Origin: Patescibacteria group bacterium
GTDB taxonomy: Bacteria; Patescibacteriota; Microgenomatia; UBA1400; PJMF01
NCBI GenBank assembly: GCA_040879165.1
Contig: JBBDKV010000003.1
Location: 46,838 to 110,837 of the forward strand
Length of the DNA stretch: 64,000 bases
Reading direction: 5' to 3'
Of this stretch, positions 41,100 through 50,082 are shown piece by piece. Within the stretch, counting starts at the first letter, position 1. Each line of letters starts with the position of its first letter. The notes below the pieces were generated by a model. It had not been told where the DNA came from. It did no database searches and worked only from the letters and a program-made list of their open reading frames with translations. A program made the translations under genes and the position numbers.

Positions 41100-42335
41100 A
41101 TGATCGCATTCTGCCTTCGCTCATATCACACATCACGCTTTCTTTTATTAGGCGTAGTATTTGTGGCTCTCGCTGCAATATTTTCCTCGATGGTCCACGC
41201 CCAAGACTGCGACCTAGAGTGTTCTGCAGACGATCAATCTGAAAATGAGTACTTTAGCTGCATAAGCGACAAGAAAGCATGTCTTGAATCACGCATCTCA
41301 GAAACTCAGGCACGCAGTAACACCCTTTCTAATACCATTAGCATTATCAATGGTCAGATTAATATTCAGGAGCTGCAAATTCAGCAGACACGCCTGGAGA
41401 TCGGCATGTTGGAGCGGGAAATCGACGAATTGAGTGAACGGATCAGCGGGCTCAATCTGTCTCTTGACCGACTGACATCGATGCTCGTAGCTCGAGTGCG
41501 TACTCATTATAAGGAAAGTCGGGTTTCTCCCCTGACTGCCCTGGCTAGCACAGGCTCATTTGCTGAGACATTTACTCGAGAACAATACTTAAATCTTGCT
41601 GGTCGCCAAACCGCCCTCGCTATGCAGCGTGCCGAACTCCAACGCATTCTTTACGATCAACAGAAAGAACTCAAAGAACTCAAGCAAGCCGAAGTGGAAA
41701 GCAAGCGTCAAGAACTGCAATCAGAACAGAATCAGCTGGCCAGTCAGCGGCAGGAACAACAATTTTTACTTCAAGAAACTCGGAGCAATGAGCAACGGTA
41801 CCAACAAGAACTCCAGCGAACACTGGCAGAAATTGCCGCTATTCAGTCAATTATTGCAGGTCAGGGTACTGAGACAGAAGTAGGCGGAGTTGACCGCGGC
41901 GAGCGAATAGCCAGCGTTATCGTTGGCGCAAGTACCTGCTCTACTGGCACGCATCTGCATTTTGAGGTAACTTCAGGGGGCACCCGTCGGGATCCGGCTC
42001 AGCACCTCAAGCCTGTTTCCATTGTCTGGAGCAACAGTCCTGACGGTGAGTTTGGCTTTAGTGGCGACTGGGACTGGCCACTCAACGATGCAGCCCGCAT
42101 CACTCAGGGCTACGGCATGACTTATTACGCCCGCGTGCGTCGCGCCTATGGGGGCTCACCCCACACCGGCATTGATATGACCAGCAAATCCGCTAATTAT
42201 GGGGTAAAAGCGGTACGATCTGGCACTTTATATCGAGGAAGTATCCGCTGTGGCGGCGGCCAGCTGCGCTACGTCAAGGTGGAACACGATGATGACGACT
42301 TGAGTACGTATTATTTGCATGTTAATTATATTTAG
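41100..42335 (+). CDS. M23/LytM-family peptidase with an N-terminal coiled coil (EnvC-like activator/hydrolase)
   Basis: It has a signal/TM, a long coiled coil, and an M23 domain (GTHLHFEV; HTGIDM). The ftsE-ftsX-envC synteny supports the call. Confidence 0.8.
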   Translation: MIAFCLRSYHTSRFLLLGVVFVALAAIFSSMVHAQDCDLECSADDQSENEYFSCISDKKACLESRISETQARSNTLSNTISIINGQINIQELQIQQTRLEIGMLEREIDELSERISGLNLSLDRLTSMLVARVRTHYKESRVSPLTALASTGSFAETFTREQYLNLAGRQTALAMQRAELQRILYDQQKELKELKQAEVESKRQELQSEQNQLASQRQEQQFLLQETRSNEQRYQQELQRTLAEIAAIQSIIAGQGTETEVGGVDRGERIASVIVGASTCSTGTHLHFEVTSGGTRRDPAQHLKPVSIVWSNSPDGEFGFSGDWDWPLNDAARITQGYGMTYYARVRRAYGGSPHTGIDMTSKSANYGVKAVRSGTLYRGSIRCGGGQLRYVKVEHDDDDLSTYYLHVNYI

Positions 42336-42360
42336 AGATAGTGAAAAACTTGCAGCTACT

Positions 42361-42471
42361 CTATTTTAATTTTTTAAGATAGAAGAACAATCCAACCAAG
42401 ACCGCCATCAGAACGGTTGAAATAATAAAAATGTAATCGTCTCGAGAAAATGATTCCGCAAATAACTGCAT
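42361..42471 (-). CDS. Small hydrophobic protein (36 aa), third of a tandem trio; absent from the ORF track
   Basis: Manual translation: MQLFAESFSRDDYIFIISTVLMAVLVGLFFYLKKLK*. Confidence 0.35.
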   Translation of the reverse strand: MQLFAESFSRDDYIFIISTVLMAVLVGLFFYLKKLK

Positions 42472-42484
42472 AGCTGAAACTTAG

Positions 42485-42607
42485 CTACTTTTTACTATTC
42501 TTGCGTGAAACAATAATCAATAACATGCCCAGAATAAGAACTAGCTGACTGACTATAAGGAACGAGCCAGTGACGCTCGAGATGATTTCAGAGAGTTCAC
42601 TTGACAT
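42485..42607 (-). CDS. Small hydrophobic protein (40 aa), second of the trio
   Basis: MSSELSEIISSVTGSFLIVSQLVLILGMLLIIVSRKNSKK*. A GAGGAAAT SD sits 5 nt upstream. It starts 5 nt after the stop of the 67-aa ORF. Confidence 0.45.
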   Translation of the reverse strand: MSSELSEIISSVTGSFLIVSQLVLILGMLLIIVSRKNSKK

Positions 42608-42800
42608 ATTTCCTCAATTCTAAGGCATTCTTAATTGACAGTAAAGCCGATAAAAATAACCAAACAACAATTAACAGGTCGTAGCTCTGTTGGTACTCGT
42701 CCTGACTAGCTAACTTCACTGCCATACCAACCAGTAATCCTTGAGCCACATGGATGTAAAAGTCAGATAGCATGATAGATTGTGCTTGATTAAGAGTCAC
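42597..42800 (-). CDS. Small membrane protein (67 aa), first of the trio
   Basis: Listed in the ORF track. It has two hydrophobic helices and a K-rich C-terminus. Confidence 0.4.
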   Translation of the reverse strand: MTLNQAQSIMLSDFYIHVAQGLLVGMAVKLASQDEYQQSYDLLIVVWLFLSALLSIKNALELRKYVK

Positions 42801-42890
42801 TAATCAAATTATATGTGATCAGCCTTACACAAACTGTAGCGTGCACATTTTTCCTCCTATGTAGCAGTAAAATCTTAATGCCCCATAACT

Positions 42891-42919
42891 ATTGACAGAA
42901 TGATACTATTGCATTAAAA
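42891..42919 (+). promoter_or_regulatory. Sigma-70-like promoter (TTGACA-17-TAAAAT) for the 42968 gene
   Basis: TTGACAgaatgatactattgcatTAAAAT. Confidence 0.45.
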
Positions 42920-42967
42920 TAGATGTTTAGATATAGTTATAACTAGTAAATAACTGACTTCTGCCCA

Positions 42968-43348
42968 GTGAAGGAATATATGAAACAGCTCGTTTTTAGC
43001 CTATTAATCGGCCTTTTTGCTTTTGGCGCCATCGCGTATCCAGCAACTGCACCAGTTCAAGCAACTACTGCTGAGCAAGAGCAGGAACAGAAATTGAAGC
43101 AAGAAGCTGAAGCGGAATGCAAAACTGGCTCATACGGTCAAGATTCAACTTGTGTACTCAAGCTCAAGCAAGAAGCTGAGCAACGTCAACGACAGCGCAT
43201 CTTGGGTCAAGTAACTGAAGATAAACCTGCAGCTGACAAAGTGCACGTCCCAGTGGACACTGCGCTTGACGGCACCACCCTCGCATTTGTACTCGGTACT
43301 GGCGGAGTGGGATCAGCAGCGTACATGATCAGACGCAAGTTGACATAA
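42968..43348 (+). CDS. Small secreted protein with a coiled-coil core and a C-terminal TM + basic tail (sorting-signal-like, no LPXTG)
   Basis: 126 aa. It has a signal peptide and a KLKQEAE repeat. The C-terminus is ...VPVDTALDGTTLAFVLGTGGVGSAAYMIRRKLT. Confidence 0.55.
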   Translation: MKEYMKQLVFSLLIGLFAFGAIAYPATAPVQATTAEQEQEQKLKQEAEAECKTGSYGQDSTCVLKLKQEAEQRQRQRILGQVTEDKPAADKVHVPVDTALDGTTLAFVLGTGGVGSAAYMIRRKLT

Positions 43349-43369
43349 ATTTAGATTTACAATACGCGC

Positions 43370-43398
43370 GATAACCACTCCCTCAAAAGAGTGGTTAT
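43370..43398 (+). terminator. Rho-independent terminator
   Basis: aaCCACTCcctcaaaaGAGTGGttattttatt. Confidence 0.7.
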
Positions 43399-43436
43399 TT
43401 TATTCGCTGGGGCTGTGAAATTTTAAGCCCATAAGA

Positions 43437-43588
43437 TTGACTAAAGTAAGTTATAGTGATATTATATAGTTCTAAATATATCGCTGCCCATCATACTATC
43501 CCAGGCAGCAACAGGAGGCAAAAGTAGCAGATGCATTCTTATTTACTCAAATAGTAAGTGTAGGCGTGCATCTGCTTCTTTTTTTCGT
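43437..43588 (+). ncRNA. Candidate small RNA: consensus-like promoter to a strong intrinsic terminator (~115-nt transcript)
   Basis: TTGACT at 43437-43442, a 17-nt spacer, TATTAT at 43460-43465. Downstream is a 10-bp stem AGCAGATGCA...TGCATCTGCT plus a T8 run (43529-43588). The only ORF inside is 7 codons. Confidence 0.4.
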
Positions 43589-44010
43589 CGCTCTGCCAGC
43601 TTCGCGCTAGCAGTAGCGGTGACAAGTTGAAGTAGAGACTGGTTTTCTGAATTGCCTCCGGCGACTTGTTCGCCAACCTGGCGAAACAGAAAGCTCTTTA
43701 ACAGGCATACAGGAAATAAACTGGGGAAACCTAGTTATAGATAGCTATTTCTGGCTAGAAATAGTGTTCTCCTTGTAGCCCCTTACGCTCCATTAACGTG
43801 GTGCGGGTAACTGGCAGTTTCTCACAAAGCGAACTGCGAGCTGCCCGCATCATCCTAATATTCGGAAGCACAACGATGTGCAGAAGATATTAGGGCGATG
43901 GACTTTTGAGGAGGCTACGGGCGCAAGTTACAGCCTCCTCATATAAAGTTTTCTAACTTTGGGGCAGGCGCCGTGCTTGTCCCGATTTTTTCAATAAAGG
44001 AGAAAGTATC

Positions 44011-45297
44011 ATGCGTAAAATTTTTTGGCTCATGATCATCGCAGCGCTCACCTTGAGTGCGTGCAACCCATTTTCTGCTTCAGAAGAAACCGAAGCCACC
44101 GCAGTGCCTACTCAAGAAGTTGTTGAGACTACGGCAACCCCGTCACCAACGCCCGACCCCACATCCGTGGCACTCACCACAGAAAACTCTCAGCTCAAGG
44201 CGCGTATGACGCGCACAGCTGATGAGAGTGCTCGGGAAGCAGTGGTGGCTGACGTTGGTAACTCACCAACCCCAGAACCACCTACGTTGCTCTCCCCAAG
44301 AGTACAGCAGGAAACAGTCGCACCGACCCCGGCTCCGACTGTGAATGTTGATGTGCTCGCCGCGAATATTGCGGCAAGCATGTCCTCGTACTTGCCTTCT
44401 GGCGCCCCGCCAGAGGTGCAGGTAGTCCTGCAAGAGGCTTCTCACGAAGCCGCCACACAGTTAGTGGCGGCTGGTGGCAACGAAGAAGACGCAGTCACCA
44501 TGGCTGCGTCCCTGTTCAATGCCCTTCGGGACGCGGGAGCGTTCTGTTGGGCCGATAAAACGGCCACGTGGTCCGAGAATTATTCGGCCAGTGGTGAATA
44601 CTTGGGACCTCAACGCCTCGAGATTAGCCAGCATCAGCAGAATGTCAGTCACCTAGATTACTATCGCGGGCCCGGATCGGCCGCGATTAGTATCTTAGTA
44701 CGTGGCGGTGAGGAAGCGGTGTTGTTGGGCAACGGCTCCCTCTGGGAATACCCAGGGGATCGTTGTAACGGGTTCGATTTCCTCGAGGATCTGTCGCTCT
44801 ACGCGGCAGGTCGTCCAGACTGGGGGCACTCGGGGTTGGTCTTCGCCAACCTGAGTGATGCGCTCAATGGGGAGCCAGCACTCAACCCTCGCGGTTTGAG
44901 TGCTAGCCAAATCGACGCGCTCCGGCCGATCCTCTTCACCGAGGATTCGGCAAAGTTGGCGCAGGTTCGTGCGGTCACCGGGTTCACCCCCGATGACCGC
45001 GAAGCGGCCTGCAAGGCCGTGCGGGAAGATCATCCCCCAGTGGACGGAAGTCCCTGGAGGATAAATGCGTCAGAGGGACCGGTCATCGTTAATTTTTGGT
45101 CCAATTGGCCTGGCATTGCCACAGCTGGCGAGGCCAAAATAATGATTCAGTCCGGCACCCTCGTCCTCCGGGGCGGCGGATCAGCCTTCTATTATCCCAA
45201 AGGCTGCGACGATGTCGCGGCTAAAGGATATGGGGAGAATCTAAACTCCCCATGGACTGTTGATGGGAGCCAATTGGAGCCCTACATCGTCCGATAG
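44011..45297 (+). CDS. Lipoprotein of unknown function on a high-GC (~58-60%) segment, putatively horizontally acquired
   Basis: 428 aa. It has a lipobox (LTLSAC), P/T-rich linkers (TPSPTPDPTS, SPTPEPPT, APTPAPT) and a GGAGA SD. Many spurious antisense ORFs occur inside it, which is typical of GC-rich DNA. Confidence 0.7.
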   Translation: MRKIFWLMIIAALTLSACNPFSASEETEATAVPTQEVVETTATPSPTPDPTSVALTTENSQLKARMTRTADESAREAVVADVGNSPTPEPPTLLSPRVQQETVAPTPAPTVNVDVLAANIAASMSSYLPSGAPPEVQVVLQEASHEAATQLVAAGGNEEDAVTMAASLFNALRDAGAFCWADKTATWSENYSASGEYLGPQRLEISQHQQNVSHLDYYRGPGSAAISILVRGGEEAVLLGNGSLWEYPGDRCNGFDFLEDLSLYAAGRPDWGHSGLVFANLSDALNGEPALNPRGLSASQIDALRPILFTEDSAKLAQVRAVTGFTPDDREAACKAVREDHPPVDGSPWRINASEGPVIVNFWSNWPGIATAGEAKIMIQSGTLVLRGGGSAFYYPKGCDDVAAKGYGENLNSPWTVDGSQLEPYIVR

Positions 45298-45470
45298 ACG
45301 GCACCCGCCAGCTGCAGCGGTTCACCAAAAGCAGCTTAAAAAAATATTTCCTCGTATGCCTACGTCCCCCTCTTCGGAGGGGGACTCCCCAAAGGGTACA
45401 ACTCGCTTGCGCCTTTTGGGGAGTCAAAAAAAGCTCTGATATTTATAGGAAAATAAAAAGGAATAATACT

Positions 45471-45680
45471 ATGAAAAGTATTGCAATAAGCATCATTCTG
45501 GCCACTATCGTTTTTGGTGGTATTACGGGATATTGGGTGTATGCAACTCAAGCTCAGCAGGTACTCTTGACCAAACATGCAGCAGTTCAGGGCTGTATTA
45601 CTGTACTTCCAGAAGTCAATCCTGGCTGGTACAACAAGTGCATGGCAGAAAAAGGATATCAAACAAACTTAACGTACTAA
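45471..45680 (+). CDS. Small membrane/secreted protein
   Basis: 69 aa. An N-terminal TM helix and two Cys; an AAGGAA SD. Confidence 0.4.
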   Translation: MKSIAISIILATIVFGGITGYWVYATQAQQVLLTKHAAVQGCITVLPEVNPGWYNKCMAEKGYQTNLTY

Positions 45681-45713
45681 TCCGTATAAAATTAAAAAGC
45701 GGCTTAGATCTGT

Positions 45714-46691
45714 ATGCCTAATAATCAAGCTACCCAACCATTTGTCAGCGTCATCATGCCGGTTTATAACGCAGCGGCCTATTTACCACTGGCTATCGAG
45801 AGTATTCTTAAGCAGTCATATACCAACTGGGAGCTGATCATAGTTGATGATGCATCTACCGATGGCTCCTGGCAGATCATTCAGCACTATGTCAGAACTT
45901 CAACAGGTAAGATAACCGCTTACCAATTAGATAAAAATCACAATGCCGGCGGAGATACTGCGGCCAATATCGCCTACCAACATGCGAGCGGCCAGTACGT
46001 CGCCCGTATGGATGCGGATGACATTTCTCATCCAAAACGACTCCAACACCAAGTGAAGTTTCTGCAACAAAACCCACACGTTACCATACTCGGTACCAAT
46101 GCGGTGGTGATTGATAGTTCAGGCAAAAAAATGGGCAATAAAACCATGCCAGCTGAGCACAACGCGATCACGCAGGAATATTTTAGATATCACCCAATCA
46201 TCAATCCAACAGTGATGATTAATCGCTCACTCTTTCCTAATAAATCACAACTCTATCAACTCAAGAATAGCAGCAACAATGACTACTACACGTTCTTCAG
46301 ATTACTCTGTGACGGACATCAATTTGCAAATGTTCAAGAACCGCTACTGTCATACCGGATTCATGGACAAAATGATTCACTCGCCAATGTGAAGCGAAGT
46401 TTTAAGAATACCCTGTTAACACGCATCGAGATGGTGAAAAAGCATGGATATCGCCCATCACTTAAAAACTGGCTCATTACAGCAGCACAATTATCAATTA
46501 TTCTGATACTACCTGAAAAAGTGCTGTTCGAACTCTATCTGCACTTGCGTGGAATTAAAAAATTGAAGGCTCCTGCATTCACCAGCGTTACTGCTAGTTA
46601 TATAGCCAGTGTGCGGGCTGAACTACTTCGCTCTAGTATCAACTGGCGCCACAAAATTGCCAAAAAAGTACTCTATAACACACACTCATAA
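45714..46691 (+). CDS. GT2 glycosyltransferase (Ppm1/CsbB/GtrB-like polyprenyl-phosphate sugar synthase candidate)
   Basis: 325 aa. It has VSVIMPVYNAAAYL...IIVDDASTDGS, and a DAD motif (RMDADDISHP). Confidence 0.8.
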   Translation: MPNNQATQPFVSVIMPVYNAAAYLPLAIESILKQSYTNWELIIVDDASTDGSWQIIQHYVRTSTGKITAYQLDKNHNAGGDTAANIAYQHASGQYVARMDADDISHPKRLQHQVKFLQQNPHVTILGTNAVVIDSSGKKMGNKTMPAEHNAITQEYFRYHPIINPTVMINRSLFPNKSQLYQLKNSSNNDYYTFFRLLCDGHQFANVQEPLLSYRIHGQNDSLANVKRSFKNTLLTRIEMVKKHGYRPSLKNWLITAAQLSIILILPEKVLFELYLHLRGIKKLKAPAFTSVTASYIASVRAELLRSSINWRHKIAKKVLYNTHS

Positions 46692-49600
46692 TGCTACAGT
46701 TATGGAACACTCGCCTAAGAAATTTTTTCAAAACCCACATCGTCACACTAATACTACTGGGAGTTGTGCTCTCAATAGGCGCAGCTAGTTTTCAATCAGG
46801 AACATTCTTGCTTGGTTGGGATGTGACTGCTCCAGAGTTGGCAATTTCGCTGAATCTCGAACGCAGCATTTTTGGTGTCTGGCAAACCTATCGTGGACTA
46901 GGCACGCTCGACGGCATGGCACATGTTGCCAATGTAATTCACGTCCTCCTGATGGCTTTCTGGAAATTACTCGTGGGAATCGAGGCTGCTCGCCCACTCT
47001 GGTTGCTAATACTGTATGGACTTGGCATGCTTGGCTCAGCTGCTCTAACCAGACAAATCTTTGCAAATATTGCTAAAAAAACTGATACAAAAATCGAGAT
47101 GGCAGCAAGCTTAATCAGCGGATTGGCATACGGGTTGAACTTTTACGTGCTGCAAATGTTTTATGTTCCTCTGGAAGTGTTTGCCTATCAATTTGCTGCC
47201 TTACCATGGCTTTTGTGGTCAGCAGAACACTACTTAACTAACAGATCACACAAAGCACTTGGGGTTTTTGGATTAATTACCTTGTTGGGATTAGGTCAGG
47301 CTCATGTTCCCACTGTATTCATCAGCTCCGCCCTGCTATTTGGCTGCATGCTGCTCTGGAGACTGAGTGTAAATTGGAAAAAAAACCTACTCTCAGTTGT
47401 ATTATTAGGATTAGTATTTACCGGTATCAATGCATCGTGGATGTTGCCATACACCTACAGCGCCATACAAAAGCCAGACGTTATTGCAGGATCACACATC
47501 AACCAACTCTCTACACCAGAGATTTCAGCCAGAAATAAGTCGTGGGGCACTGTGCGTGGCGTCTCAACTATGGGGAGTTTTAACCTCGATTACTTGAGTT
47601 GGTCAGAAACACCAAAAAATAACATCTATATGATGGGTGACTGGCGAGAGCACTATTTTTCATTTACGTATCAATCAGTGACTTTTCTGCTGTTTGGGAT
47701 AGCTTTTTTCGGAGTACTTACTATGCTTATCAGGAGAAAGTGGCGCACAACGCAGAGCGTATGGATTCCAGTGACGTTCATACTCTTTTTTGCTTTATTA
47801 GCCAATAACTCAGCGTTGTTTGGCTGGGTGACTCAAGTTCTTACCGCTGGAGTGCCTTTTTTTGGAGAAGTCTTTCGCTTCACTTTTACCAAGTTCTCTC
47901 AGCCGTACGCACTGCTTTTGAGCGTGTTGCTCGGAATCGGAGTAGCCCAAGCTGCCCTACTTCTGCATGCACGCGGGCATCAGAAACGACAATGGCTACT
48001 AGTAATCTTCACGCTCATCTTAATTTTCACACACTCACTACCAATCTGGAAAAATGGTATATTTTACAAAGAACTCTGGGTGAGTGTTCCTCAAGAATAT
48101 TTTGGACTCACTGAGTACTTAAACACCAACACTTCAAGTACTGAAAAGGTAGCCATTCTACCAAGCCCAACTCTCTATGGCTGGACGAGCAACTCGTGGG
48201 GGCATAGAGGATCAGGATTTTTGTGGCAGATGGTGCGACCAGCAATGATGGATAGAGCTTTTGACGCATGGAGTACAGAAAACGAAACATACTATCAGCA
48301 GCTTAATACAGCCCTTAGCTCGCAGGACGAAACAGCTTTTTTTGCTGTCTTAAATCAATATAACATCGACTATATTTTGTATGATAGCAGTATTGTTGCT
48401 GGAACAAGTGAGCTTCAAACTGCTGAAAATCAAGTCATGAAAAACTGGTTGCTTGATCAATCAGAAGTGGTATTTATGGATGGCTACCTAACACTCTATC
48501 AACTAAATTCTTCTACTACGCATTCTCCGCTTCTCAGTACTGAAAATACTCCTATCCTCAGCGGCTCAACCCTACGCACACAACGGAACACGCTTCCTAC
48601 TCCGTATCTTGAGGCGAAAACTGGCTCTCAATTAGTTCAGAAAACACACCCATTTTTATGGGTAACACAACAAAAAATTGCCGACGAACGATTTCAATAT
48701 CGGCAAGAGGTACTCAGCTTGTCGCTGCCTTCCGTAGAGACTCCGACCACACTAACACTACCAAAACCAAATCAGGGAGCGCAACTCAACCTCCCCTTTA
48801 TGGTAATGGCAGATGACGAGAGGTTGATCTTTAACGGACTACCTATGGGTATCGTGACATCTGGAACAGAGGTAGAAGCGCTTGAAAACCCAATGTCATT
48901 TTCTCATTCAACCACAGCAATGAATGAGAATTCTACACTCCTAATTGAGGTGAATGAACAATTAATTGCGATTAATACCAATGAACAACCCACAGTCTGG
49001 CTGACGAAACTCAAGATGGATCAACCTATCAAGATTAGGGTGATTCAACATGATCAAATCGAAACTTTGACAGATGCCATCCTAAATGCAGAATCAAACT
49101 CTGAGACACGTATTCCAGCCAGTATCTGGGATGAATTTCCTGAGACAGAAATACCTATCAATCCGGGCAGAGAATCAGTTCAATTACATCTCTCTACCCA
49201 CGCAATTCAGATTTCCTTAGATGATGGTGCGCCAGTAGAAAACTGCGACTCTCTTGGGCGTGGATTCGTAACCGAAAGCATCGGGCGGGATGGTGTAGAA
49301 ATACGGTCACGGGGATTTGCGAATGCCTGTAAAGGCTTTCCATTACTTCCAGCGAGCTCTCATGAAAGTTTTTTCCTAAAGGCATCAGGCTCAAGTGACG
49401 CAGAAAGTGGACTACTTTTTGGGGTAGATCACTGGTCAACACCAAGATTGGCAACATATCAGATGCTCAATCCTGATGAAAATACAATTGTGATGTCAGT
49501 TCCATCTGCACCGCATCTTGCAAAGCAAGGTTCTTCACTGATCGTTGAAAATCGATCCTTCTCTGAAAAATTTGCTACTGCACAAATCCAAAGTATCGAA

Positions 49601-50023
49601 GTGTTTATGCCAAGCTACTCAATTGAATACCTACAAGATATTTTTATTCATCCAGAAAATGAACAGGTTAATACTAGTAGTGATGCTGCAATCCACACAG
49701 CTTCTGCAACTTTTCTCACACCTACTCAAATAAAAGTCAAACCAAGCAATAATTCAAGTCAGGCTAATACTTCTGCATTAGTTCTTTTACAAGCATATGA
49801 CCCCGGCTGGATTGCCTTTCCTTCAAACAAGCCATGGCAACGTCTTGAGCATGCTAAGTACAACGGGTGGGCGAATGCATGGCTGATTGATTCAGACAAT
49901 GAGGAGTTGACTATTTTATATCTGCCACAGTTACTAACCTATGCTGGATATACATTATTACTCACCACTCTGTTTTTTCTATTTAAGAGCTGGAGGCGAG
50001 AATCTAGACACTTCCTTGCTTAA
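46691..50023 (+). CDS. Giant polytopic membrane protein, YfhO/GT-C-like glycosyltransferase candidate
   Basis: 1110 aa. About 14 TM helices sit in the first ~460 aa. A large extracytoplasmic domain follows, then a C-terminal TM. The TAATG overlap with the upstream GT2 indicates translational coupling. Confidence 0.4.
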   Translation: MLQLWNTRLRNFFKTHIVTLILLGVVLSIGAASFQSGTFLLGWDVTAPELAISLNLERSIFGVWQTYRGLGTLDGMAHVANVIHVLLMAFWKLLVGIEAARPLWLLILYGLGMLGSAALTRQIFANIAKKTDTKIEMAASLISGLAYGLNFYVLQMFYVPLEVFAYQFAALPWLLWSAEHYLTNRSHKALGVFGLITLLGLGQAHVPTVFISSALLFGCMLLWRLSVNWKKNLLSVVLLGLVFTGINASWMLPYTYSAIQKPDVIAGSHINQLSTPEISARNKSWGTVRGVSTMGSFNLDYLSWSETPKNNIYMMGDWREHYFSFTYQSVTFLLFGIAFFGVLTMLIRRKWRTTQSVWIPVTFILFFALLANNSALFGWVTQVLTAGVPFFGEVFRFTFTKFSQPYALLLSVLLGIGVAQAALLLHARGHQKRQWLLVIFTLILIFTHSLPIWKNGIFYKELWVSVPQEYFGLTEYLNTNTSSTEKVAILPSPTLYGWTSNSWGHRGSGFLWQMVRPAMMDRAFDAWSTENETYYQQLNTALSSQDETAFFAVLNQYNIDYILYDSSIVAGTSELQTAENQVMKNWLLDQSEVVFMDGYLTLYQLNSSTTHSPLLSTENTPILSGSTLRTQRNTLPTPYLEAKTGSQLVQKTHPFLWVTQQKIADERFQYRQEVLSLSLPSVETPTTLTLPKPNQGAQLNLPFMVMADDERLIFNGLPMGIVTSGTEVEALENPMSFSHSTTAMNENSTLLIEVNEQLIAINTNEQPTVWLTKLKMDQPIKIRVIQHDQIETLTDAILNAESNSETRIPASIWDEFPETEIPINPGRESVQLHLSTHAIQISLDDGAPVENCDSLGRGFVTESIGRDGVEIRSRGFANACKGFPLLPASSHESFFLKASGSSDAESGLLFGVDHWSTPRLATYQMLNPDENTIVMSVPSAPHLAKQGSSLIVENRSFSEKFATAQIQSIEVFMPSYSIEYLQDIFIHPENEQVNTSSDAAIHTASATFLTPTQIKVKPSNNSSQANTSALVLLQAYDPGWIAFPSNKPWQRLEHAKYNGWANAWLIDSDNEELTILYLPQLLTYAGYTLLLTTLFFLFKSWRRESRHFLA

Positions 50024-50082
50024 TTTTTTACATTCAGTAACTTCCTACACTTCCCTAAAGACTCCTGCGCTAGACTTAGCGC

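Noticed and set aside
43472-43588. Possibility that the candidate sRNA is SRP (4.5S) RNA
   Set aside because: There is only a loose resemblance to the domain IV consensus (CCAGG...GGAAGCAGC), and the terminal hairpin does not form the SRP helix 8. It is left as an unclassified sRNA candidate.
44190-45033. Six overlapping 60-112 aa ORFs on both strands inside the 44011-45297 gene
   Set aside because: They are spurious stop-codon-poor frames typical of about 60% GC DNA. The long + strand ORF with a lipobox and SD is the real gene.
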